Positions 9,601 to 16,359 of a stretch of DNA of 61,069 nucleotides are shown here, piece after piece; the first letter of the stretch is position 1, and each line of letters begins with the position of its first letter. The stretch comes from a virus (lineage: Duplodnaviria; Caudoviricetes). The stretch lies in the IMG/VR virus record IMGVR_UViG_3300032315_000228, positions 1 to 61,069 of that record, one strand, 5' to 3'. The translations under genes were made by a program, and so were the position numbers. The notes below the pieces were generated by a model. The model was not told the DNA's origin, searched no databases, and saw nothing but the letters and a program-made list of their open reading frames with translations.

Positions 9601-9872
9601 TCTTTGTATCCCCCGCCAGCAGCCTTGTACTTCTTGGCTACCAACTGAGCTTTCCTTGCTGACCACTGCCCTGCGCCCGTGCCATGAGTTGCCGCTGCTT
9701 TGACCTGAGACACAATCTTCTTACGAAGGCTTGGTTTCGTGTAGTTACCAGCGGCGTTAACACTCCCACCCTCTTTGTACTGGGTAAAGTCAGTATCATC
9801 CCTGCGTGGCTTTTTCACGCCTTTGGGCATTTTTGAGGGGTTGATATCCCCCATACCACGTGAGGGTCTCAT
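9597..9872 (-). CDS. Small basic protein, DUF5872-like (GQWSARKAQL...AGGGY)
   Basis: Motif recognition; late operon. Confidence 0.65.
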   Translation of the reverse strand: MRPSRGMGDINPSKMPKGVKKPRRDDTDFTQYKEGGSVNAAGNYTKPSLRKKIVSQVKAAATHGTGAGQWSARKAQLVAKKYKAAGGGYKD

Positions 9873-9876
9873 GGGT

Positions 9877-10236
9877 TTAGCAGGTTTTGCCGCCGGACTT
9901 CATGGTAACCATCTTGCCTTTGGTTTTGCCTTTGACAGCAACACCGTCTTTGCTGGGAGCAGCAGTTTTAACTTTGCCCATTGATGTCATGCCGCCAGAA
10001 GCCATCTTCTTCATTGGCATTTCTTTTTTGCCTTTTGCCATCTCTTTTTTCTTGGCAATCATTTCCATGAAAGGGTTTGCTTTAGCCATATCACCACCTC
10101 TTTTAAAAGTTTTGCCTTTATCGGCGTTTGAAAAATCCTTGCCCACAGACTGCGGGACTCCCACCTTCTTGGCAAACGATGGGTTGTGGGCCACCGCTTC
10201 CATAAAATTGTGTTGCTTCTTACTCGTGCTCGGCAT
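9877..10236 (-). CDS. Lys-rich small protein with three xxGG motifs (MPSTSKKQHNFM...)
   Basis: Start reassigned to ATG 10236; FKRGG, MASGG, MKSGG. Confidence 0.7.
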   Translation of the reverse strand: MPSTSKKQHNFMEAVAHNPSFAKKVGVPQSVGKDFSNADKGKTFKRGGDMAKANPFMEMIAKKKEMAKGKKEMPMKKMASGGMTSMGKVKTAAPSKDGVAVKGKTKGKMVTMKSGGKTC

Positions 10237-10426
10237 CGTCGTCTTTCTTTTTACGGAACAAAGTAGAAAACTCTTTGCCTGTAGCCATTTCGTAGATGCG
10301 CATGACACCCACTACTGCACCGATCAAGCCAAATATTGGCGTAAGTAAATTTAAAAATGTACCGAGTGTCGTAAACACTGCTACGACGTCTAACATGTTT
10401 TTTACGGTGTCTGTTTGTTCGGTCAT
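10220..10426 (-). CDS. Small membrane protein (holin-like)
   Basis: Long hydrophobic segment and charged C-terminal tail. Confidence 0.55.
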   Translation of the reverse strand: MTEQTDTVKNMLDVVAVFTTLGTFLNLLTPIFGLIGAVVGVMRIYEMATGKEFSTLFRKKKDDDAEHE

Positions 10427-10427
10427 A

Positions 10428-10682
10428 TCAGCACTTCCAAGCCCGAAGGCTTTTGTTAATCCTCGAATTTGGATCCTTGGCGGTTTTTTCGCTCGTCAAT
10501 TTCTTCTTCATGCCTTCCATACGGGCGCAGAAGGAGTCGCGGCGTTTGCCGCCCTCGGGTTGAGGAGCTTTCAAACCCGGCTTCCCCGGATTCGCTTTGT
10601 TGTAGGAAGCCCGACCTTTGGCGTTCAAGCCGCCTTTCTCGGATTTCCCTTCCTTGCGCGTCCATGCTGGCGTCTTAGCCAT
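10428..10682 (-). CDS. Small basic protein, DUF6321-like
   Basis: GGLNAKGRASYN...RRDSFCARMEGM...LRAWKC. Confidence 0.65.
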   Translation of the reverse strand: MAKTPAWTRKEGKSEKGGLNAKGRASYNKANPGKPGLKAPQPEGGKRRDSFCARMEGMKKKLTSEKTAKDPNSRINKSLRAWKC

Positions 10683-10965
10683 AAAATGTCGTCACTTTAG
10701 CTGCATTGGGGGCCGTGCCGGGTAGCGTTACATGAATGTCTGTCGCGAACAAAATGCCTTCGCCGGGAATGAGCAATGAAACGGGTTGTGTACCTGTACC
10801 AATATTAAATTGCAAGCGAATCGTGCCAGAAGCACCCCCGTCTCGAAAAATAATATCCCCCGCTGTTCCACCAGAAATGCAATGATATGCCTTGAGGCGG
10901 TTGCGCCCCGATACTACTGTACCTGTCGCTTCTACGTGCGCGGCTTTTACGTCTGTCTGCATCAT
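10675..10965 (-). CDS. Small structural protein
   Basis: IPGEGILF motif, SD CAGGAG. Confidence 0.65.
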   Translation of the reverse strand: MMQTDVKAAHVEATGTVVSGRNRLKAYHCISGGTAGDIIFRDGGASGTIRLQFNIGTGTQPVSLLIPGEGILFATDIHVTLPGTAPNAAKVTTFYG

Positions 10966-10984
10966 AATTAATCTCCTGTTATTA

Positions 10985-11000
10985 GGGGGCCGAAGCCCCC
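10985..11000 (-). promoter_or_regulatory. GGGGGC-UUCG-GCCCCC hairpin without a U-tract (stabiliser or weak terminator)
   Basis: Intergenic; identical hairpins at 11960-11975 (-) and 39255-39270 (+). Confidence 0.6.
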
Positions 11001-11008
11001 TTGATTAA

Positions 11009-11494
11009 TTAGACTTGGCTTGGGTTTGCAGCGCCGCTAGAGTCTTTGACGACGTACACGCATGTAATCGTGGCAGCGCCGCCGCTGGCTGTACCGGCGC
11101 AAGCGTAGACTGCTTGGATAACCAAATCAGATGTGCCAACATTCAAATATGTACCAATCTGTGCGCCTGTAACAGCTACAGTTGCGCGACCTACAGACAA
11201 AGGTGTAGTTGTAGCGCCACCAACGGTAGCCAAAGAGTTACCAGCGGCGGTTTGAATAGTGATGGTGTTACCAGTCGTACCAGCGTAAGCAGTGGTAATG
11301 TCTACAAAAAATTCTATAATTTGTGCGCCAGCAGGCAAGACAAATTCTGTGGTAGCCGTGGTGTCGTTAACAGTGGTCAAACCTGTCTGGCTTACAACAG
11401 TTGCGCCCATGTTACGGATAGTGCCAGCAGTAGTACCGGTTGTGTTTTTAACAGTGCCCAACAACCAAGGGCCTAGGTGAGTTGCGAATCCCAT
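11009..11494 (-). CDS. Putative capsid decoration/accessory protein
   Basis: Thr/Ala/Gly-rich beta protein (LPAGAQIIEFFVD) downstream of the capsid gene. Confidence 0.6.
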   Translation of the reverse strand: MGFATHLGPWLLGTVKNTTGTTAGTIRNMGATVVSQTGLTTVNDTTATTEFVLPAGAQIIEFFVDITTAYAGTTGNTITIQTAAGNSLATVGGATTTPLSVGRATVAVTGAQIGTYLNVGTSDLVIQAVYACAGTASGGAATITCVYVVKDSSGAANPSQV

Positions 11495-11608
11495 GTTTAA
11501 TTCTCCATGCGTTGTAGCGTATCAATCTGCATGAGGTCAGCCGGGACTGTTTGATACGCCGGGTTTCCCGGAATACGTTCAATATACACGATCTGTGTAG
11601 AATGTCAA
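11495..11608 (-). promoter_or_regulatory. Sigma70-like promoter (TTGACA-16-TATATT) and structured 5' leader of 11009..11494
   Basis: -35 at 11603-11608, -10 at 11581-11586; 9-bp stem 11517-11525/11551-11559. Confidence 0.6.
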
Positions 11609-11609
11609 C

Positions 11610-11996
11610 ATGCCGTACAAAGATCCACTAAAAAAGAAAGAAAAGCAAAAGGGCTACTCCAAGAAGCACTACGATGGAAACGTGAATAAGGTTAAAGCCA
11701 CAACCAAGAAAACAAAGGGCTGCTTCAAACAAAAGTGGAAGGATTTCAAGGACACGTTATCTTGCCTTGAATGTGGGACTAACCACCCAGCAACTTTAGA
11801 TTTTCACCATATAGACCCCGAGATGAAGAACGCCAGCGTACATAAACTTGTACAAGCCAAGAGCTATAAAAAGGCGTTGGAAGAAGTTGCGCAGTGCATA
11901 GTGCTGTGTTCAAACTGCCATAGGGTTTTCCACCACAACGAGCGTCAAAAAATAAAAATGGGGGCCGAAGCCCCCACCAAGTTACAGGAAGTGTAA
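11610..11996 (+). CDS. HNH endonuclease (probable homing endonuclease) opposite to the late operon
   Basis: CLECG...LDFHHID...KN...CIVLCSNCHRVFH. Confidence 0.85.
   Translation: MPYKDPLKKKEKQKGYSKKHYDGNVNKVKATTKKTKGCFKQKWKDFKDTLSCLECGTNHPATLDFHHIDPEMKNASVHKLVQAKSYKKALEEVAQCIVLCSNCHRVFHHNERQKIKMGAEAPTKLQEV
11947..11976 (-). terminator. Intrinsic terminator downstream of the acidic-protein gene
   Basis: TGGGGGC-TTCG-GCCCCCA followed by TTTTTATTTTTT on the - strand. Confidence 0.75.
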
Positions 11997-12009
11997 CTTC
12001 CGTTCAAGC

Positions 12010-12423
12010 TTAAATGCGGGTAATTACGTATGAGGTGACAGTTGGAGCTTCGTCTTCTGACTCTTCGTCTTCTGACTCTTCGTCTTCTGACTCTTCGTCT
12101 TCAACGTACTCAACCCAGTCATCAGACTCTTCGTCGTAGACATACCAAACATCTGCCTCTTCGTCGTACCAATACCACGCGTCAGTATCTTCGTCGTAAA
12201 CGTACTCTTCGTCTTCCTCTGCGTCAAACTCAATGCCTGCGTCGTCAAATTGATTGGCAATGAACTCGGGGGTAACGTCATAGTCAACCGCCCAGCCGTA
12301 TTCTTTTTGAAAATCAATGAACTCTTGAATGATCTGCACTTTCTCAAAATCGCTGGTCTCAATGGTCAAAATTTCATCTTCCACAAAATCCCAGTCGGCA
12401 ATGTTGATCTGAACCTTGTACAT
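12010..12423 (-). CDS. Highly acidic protein (possible DNA mimic)
   Basis: Asp/Glu-rich, three YxYDExxDxW repeats plus an ESEDE tandem; own SD AAAGGAG. Confidence 0.75.
   Translation of the reverse strand: MYKVQINIADWDFVEDEILTIETSDFEKVQIIQEFIDFQKEYGWAVDYDVTPEFIANQFDDAGIEFDAEEDEEYVYDEDTDAWYWYDEEADVWYVYDEESDDWVEYVEDEESEDEESEDEESEDEAPTVTSYVITRI
12048..12102. repeat. 15-bp tandem repeat CTTCGTCTTCTGACT, about 3.7 copies
   Basis: Directly visible; encodes (ESEDE)n on the - strand. Confidence 0.9.
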
Positions 12424-12465
12424 AAAAAACTCCTTTAATTTGATGCAGCCCCATGCCGCAAAACA

Positions 12466-12494
12466 ATCCTACGGAGTCTCTATGACTATTGCAA
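12466..12494 (-). promoter_or_regulatory. Sigma70-like promoter TTGCAA-17-TAGGAT for the acidic-protein gene
   Basis: Lies just after the capsid terminator with canonical spacing. Confidence 0.55.
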
Positions 12495-12501
12495 GGCTAA
12501 T

Positions 12502-12526
12502 AAAAAAGGGCCCCTTTTGGGGGCCC
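12502..12526 (-). terminator. Intrinsic terminator after the major capsid gene
   Basis: GGGCCCC-CAAAA-GGGGCCC then TTTTTT. Confidence 0.85.
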
Positions 12527-12552
12527 CCATCTGGTTATTTAAAACCAAATTA

Positions 12553-13464
12553 TCAGGTCGTACCGGGTGAGCCAAAAGCTCCCAATGGATCAGACCAGCC
12601 GAATGAATAACGCTCACGAGCCTTGTAACGTACGTTACCAGTATCGAAGTCGCCGTCCATTTTGTTCTCCAGAGGCATACGCTCAAAGTGCTTCAAGCCA
12701 TTGGGAACGTCGGTCATCAAGAACCAGCCGTTGCTGTCTGTCAAGAAGTGATTGACAGTGTAGCCTTCGGGGATTGAGCCGTTGTTCTTCAACGCGTTGA
12801 TGTCGTTGTCGGTAGTGCCAACACGGAGGTTGGTTTCCAACAGGCGGGTAGCCACGAACATCAGAGCAGGAGGAATAATCAACTTACGGGGCTTTGCTGC
12901 AATCAACAGGCCACGCTCATCAGTCCATGCGGCGATTTGAATAACTGCATTTTCCAATGAAGTTTCGTTCAAGTCAGCGTTGGTAGTTGGGCGATTGCTG
13001 TTGGTGCCACCAGAAACCAAGGGGTGAGCTGTGCTGAACAAAGCAACACCGTCGCCACCTGTGTAGGCGCTAGAGAAGCCGTTGTTCAAAACAGAAGCTG
13101 CCTTGACTTGTTTGGTGTATGCCATAGCACGGGCCAAAGCTTTGGTGTAGCGAGCAGACAAGCTGTCGTACAAGTTATCTTCAATCGCTTCTTCAGTGAT
13201 TGAGAAACCCAAAGCAATAGTTTCGTGGTTGTAGCGCGCTGTGAACGCTTCTTGCGCATTGTCATAAGCAATGGCAGAACCTTCGTTCTTGACGGGAGCA
13301 GCGGAGAAACCAGCAAGCTTGGTCTCTTCTTCAAAGCTACGCTCTGATTTCTCAGTTTCGTAGATTTCTTTATGCTCTTCGCCGTAGCGGGAGTACTCCA
13401 TACCAAACAAGGCATTCAAGCCGGGTAAGAGTTCTTTAAGTAGTTGTGCACGTGAAATAGCCAT
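12553..13464 (-). CDS. Major capsid protein
   Basis: MAISRAQLLKELLPGL...EGSAIAYD...GDFDTGNVRYKARERYSFG; Mu-gpT-like capsid motifs, strong SD and terminator. Confidence 0.9.
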   Translation of the reverse strand: MAISRAQLLKELLPGLNALFGMEYSRYGEEHKEIYETEKSERSFEEETKLAGFSAAPVKNEGSAIAYDNAQEAFTARYNHETIALGFSITEEAIEDNLYDSLSARYTKALARAMAYTKQVKAASVLNNGFSSAYTGGDGVALFSTAHPLVSGGTNSNRPTTNADLNETSLENAVIQIAAWTDERGLLIAAKPRKLIIPPALMFVATRLLETNLRVGTTDNDINALKNNGSIPEGYTVNHFLTDSNGWFLMTDVPNGLKHFERMPLENKMDGDFDTGNVRYKARERYSFGWSDPLGAFGSPGTT

Positions 13465-13476
13465 TTAAGTAACTCC

Positions 13477-14310
13477 TTATGCGCCAGTGGCAGAGTAGTA
13501 ACCATGCAAACCTTGGTTCATTTTTACCAAGATTTCAGGATACTGGGTGAAAACCACAGTCGATGTGTAAACACCAGAATTCAATGTGAATGTGGCGGCT
13601 TGGTTCAGCACAACAGAAGTTGCGCCTGCTGCGGCTGCGGTATCAACAAAAGAACCCGTGGAGGCGAGTTGACCGTTTGTGGTCAATACAGCAACGTCTG
13701 TACCAACTGGCAATGCAAAAGGCAAAGCACTCACGGTCAAGGTAGTTGTACCTGTACTGTAAGTAGCTGTACCCAGCGGAACTGCTGTGTCAGTCACAAC
13801 ACCAACCATACGCAAAGGCAAAGTGGTGGTAACAGGAGTGTCAACAGGAGCCAAAACTGCGTTAGCAGAATTGCCAGTGTTTGCACTGCCTGTGTTGTTG
13901 ATGGCTGACAGGTTAGTGCCAATCATCGCCAAAGCACCAGATGCAATGGTAGTACCAGAAGAACACACAACCGCTTTAAACACAGCATCAGGATCATCCG
14001 ATATGTAGGCTTGGCAATCACCGGCTGCGGTGCTTGCTGGCCAGTATTGGCTGAACTGCTTTTGCTTAGTTACAGGGTTAGTGAATGTGCAACCCAAGAA
14101 AATACCAACCGTCTGATTTAACGTAGTGCCGGTAGTAACTGAGGCGCGTGTGGCAAAGCCACGGGATAGAACAACGAAATCACCATAGAAGATGTCGGTT
14201 GAGTAACCGTATTGGATGGGGTACATGCGGGTGGAACCTGCAAATACTTGACCGCCAATCAAATTCAATGGTTTTAGCCCGTAAGGGGCGTCAACTACTG
14301 GATAAGCCAT
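13477..14310 (-). CDS. Minor capsid/head accessory protein
   Basis: DAPYGLKP...IFYGD.V...VGIFLGC...DDPD..F; immediately upstream of the capsid gene. Confidence 0.65.
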   Translation of the reverse strand: MAYPVVDAPYGLKPLNLIGGQVFAGSTRMYPIQYGYSTDIFYGDFVVLSRGFATRASVTTGTTLNQTVGIFLGCTFTNPVTKQKQFSQYWPASTAAGDCQAYISDDPDAVFKAVVCSSGTTIASGALAMIGTNLSAINNTGSANTGNSANAVLAPVDTPVTTTLPLRMVGVVTDTAVPLGTATYSTGTTTLTVSALPFALPVGTDVAVLTTNGQLASTGSFVDTAAAAGATSVVLNQAATFTLNSGVYTSTVVFTQYPEILVKMNQGLHGYYSATGA

Positions 14311-14322
14311 TTAAGGACTCCT

Positions 14323-14772
14323 TTATTTAGAACCTGTACCAAATCCGCTTCCGCGACTGGATGAAGACTTGCGGTCAGCAAACAGCGGCATACGCGGGTC
14401 ATTGTTTCTCATGAAGTGGTTGTCCACTGAATCCATCTGGTTCTGCGCTTGCGTGTCGTAATACTCTCTCATGGCAGCGAGTTTTTCGGTAGGAATTTTG
14501 CAAAGCATCAATCCACCAATTTCCACATTACCGTTTGCATTACCTTCAAGCATCAGTTCTGGATGGTCTACTGCCTTCACTGGAACCCAGCCATCCCGCA
14601 TCTTGCTAGATACATTGGTTGGCATTGATTGCCCCAAAACGTGAGTCGCTATATAGCGATACTCCCATCCGGGCTCAGGGGTAGGATCGGGCAGTGCACT
14701 CGATGGTTTATATACATATCGAGTTGTTTTTTCGCGTGACACATTGTCACGGGGGTTACGGTTTTCAGCCAT
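14323..14772 (-). CDS. Conserved head-module hypothetical protein
   Basis: LPDP...YRYI...MRDGWVPV...IGGLMLCKIP. Confidence 0.7.
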   Translation of the reverse strand: MAENRNPRDNVSREKTTRYVYKPSSALPDPTPEPGWEYRYIATHVLGQSMPTNVSSKMRDGWVPVKAVDHPELMLEGNANGNVEIGGLMLCKIPTEKLAAMREYYDTQAQNQMDSVDNHFMRNNDPRMPLFADRKSSSSRGSGFGTGSK

Positions 14773-15724
14773 TTTGATTCTCCAATTTTAAAACTTCAGC
14801 AACATATTTCTTAGGGTCAAGGTTGTACTTTTTAATTAACGCAGCCTGTGACGGCGTTAATTGCACTTTCCTTGTTCCTGTAGAACGAGTTGCCGGAGCA
14901 ACTACTGCTGCCGGTTTTCTACTGGAAGTATCAACCGACCTTGGCCTGTCTTCGTTTCCACCGAAAACTTCAGGGAACTTCGACTTCACGCGAGCATCAA
15001 TTTGCTCGAAATATTCATCGTGGCGGGGATCAACCCCGGAGTTGACTAGTTTTTGATGCAGCCCTAGTGCAAAGCTGGTGACTTCTTCAAACCCATCAGA
15101 ACCGAACCACTGGTTTTTTGCCTGCCAGCGCAGGGTTTTTTCGTCCGGTTGAACAGATTGGGTCTGTTGTTGTCGCGGTTGTACCGCACTTTCTTCTGTT
15201 TGTAAAGGGGGTGGACGAAAATTTTGTGCCTGTTGTAATCTTGCCTTAGCATCAAACAACGCTTCCTGAGCCGCAAGGATAGCATCGGTGTCAAACGACT
15301 CCTGCGCCGCCTTGTACTCTCGACGAGCTTTATCCATTTCCGCCTCGGCAGCGGTCTTGGCCATAACACCATATTGCTGAGTGCCGTTGTTGACGTACTG
15401 TTTAAGCTTATTGTTTTCGTCGACGTAATGCTGTGCAAGACGCTCAAGTTCTTGTTTTTCCCTCAAAAGGGCTTCTTTGGCACGGCGCTCATCGTGACGC
15501 GCATGGGTCAACTCCTTGATGCGGTCTTGTGCCCCTCTTGTATAGGACTCAATCTCTTCATCAGTGGGGTCTTCCACCTCTCTGTCCAATGGCCTACGAC
15601 CACGGTCTTGTATAGGTGTATCGTCAACAATCTCAATTTCGACATCATCTTCAGGTTGTTGTATCTCAACCTTCTGGTTCTTGCCGTCCTCAAGTTCGTC
15701 GGGGAACTTGTATTGTTCTGCCAT
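14765..15724 (-). CDS. Capsid scaffolding protein
   Basis: Acidic N-terminus, long coiled coil, W..KNQWFG, VQLTPSQ C-terminus; between portal and capsid. Confidence 0.7.
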   Translation of the reverse strand: MAEQYKFPDELEDGKNQKVEIQQPEDDVEIEIVDDTPIQDRGRRPLDREVEDPTDEEIESYTRGAQDRIKELTHARHDERRAKEALLREKQELERLAQHYVDENNKLKQYVNNGTQQYGVMAKTAAEAEMDKARREYKAAQESFDTDAILAAQEALFDAKARLQQAQNFRPPPLQTEESAVQPRQQQTQSVQPDEKTLRWQAKNQWFGSDGFEEVTSFALGLHQKLVNSGVDPRHDEYFEQIDARVKSKFPEVFGGNEDRPRSVDTSSRKPAAVVAPATRSTGTRKVQLTPSQAALIKKYNLDPKKYVAEVLKLENQNG

Positions 15725-15734
15725 TTCTGCTCCT

Positions 15735-16172
15735 TTAAGCGCGGGTTAGCCCACGAGGGTCTTGCACAACAGCGTCCACTTGGTCATCATTGATGAGCCG
15801 GAACTCTTTTCCAAATATCTTGAATCGCGTACCGGAATAGGTACGAACAAGGACGAAGTCGCCCTCTTTGCACCAAGCGCCTGTGGGGAATTTGGTCTGA
15901 TCTTTATACGCATCAGGGCCGACTTTCATCACAAACAACACGGTGGTTGCGCTTTCTTCTTGACGCATACTGCTTGTATCGCGCACAAGATCAAGCTCAG
16001 TGCCATCAATCTTTTCAGAGACTGGGGGCACAGCACACAAGATTCGCCAACCCGAGGGTTCTGGCAACATGGTGGCTTTTTCTTCGTCTGTAGCGTCTTG
16101 CGCTGGCGCATCGACGGGTTGGATTACATCAGGCAGGGCGTACTGCCCCGGTTCTAAAACAAGTTCACTCAT
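15735..16172 (-). CDS. groES: GroES-like co-chaperonin
   Basis: PSGWRIL...VGPDAY...KEGDFVL...YSGTRFKIFGKEFRLINDDQVDAVV. Confidence 0.8.
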   Translation of the reverse strand: MSELVLEPGQYALPDVIQPVDAPAQDATDEEKATMLPEPSGWRILCAVPPVSEKIDGTELDLVRDTSSMRQEESATTVLFVMKVGPDAYKDQTKFPTGAWCKEGDFVLVRTYSGTRFKIFGKEFRLINDDQVDAVVQDPRGLTRA

Positions 16173-16359
16173 CTGTTTCTTCTACTTTCTTTGCAAGGTC
16201 AAGTAAGTGGCGCTCTGCGATAGCTAGACCCTGAATAACACCGCAAAGTTTTTGGTACTCGTCAAAATTGCGACATGCCCCACCAGCGCAGTCGTCTGCG
16301 TAGTTGTTCATATCGAGGCGTAATTTTTCGCGCAATACGCGTGCGAAGTCTTGAATCAT
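16165..16359 (-). CDS. Small head-module protein
   Basis: FDEYQKLCGVIQGL motif; overlaps both neighbours. Confidence 0.7.
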   Translation of the reverse strand: MIQDFARVLREKLRLDMNNYADDCAGGACRNFDEYQKLCGVIQGLAIAERHLLDLAKKVEETDE

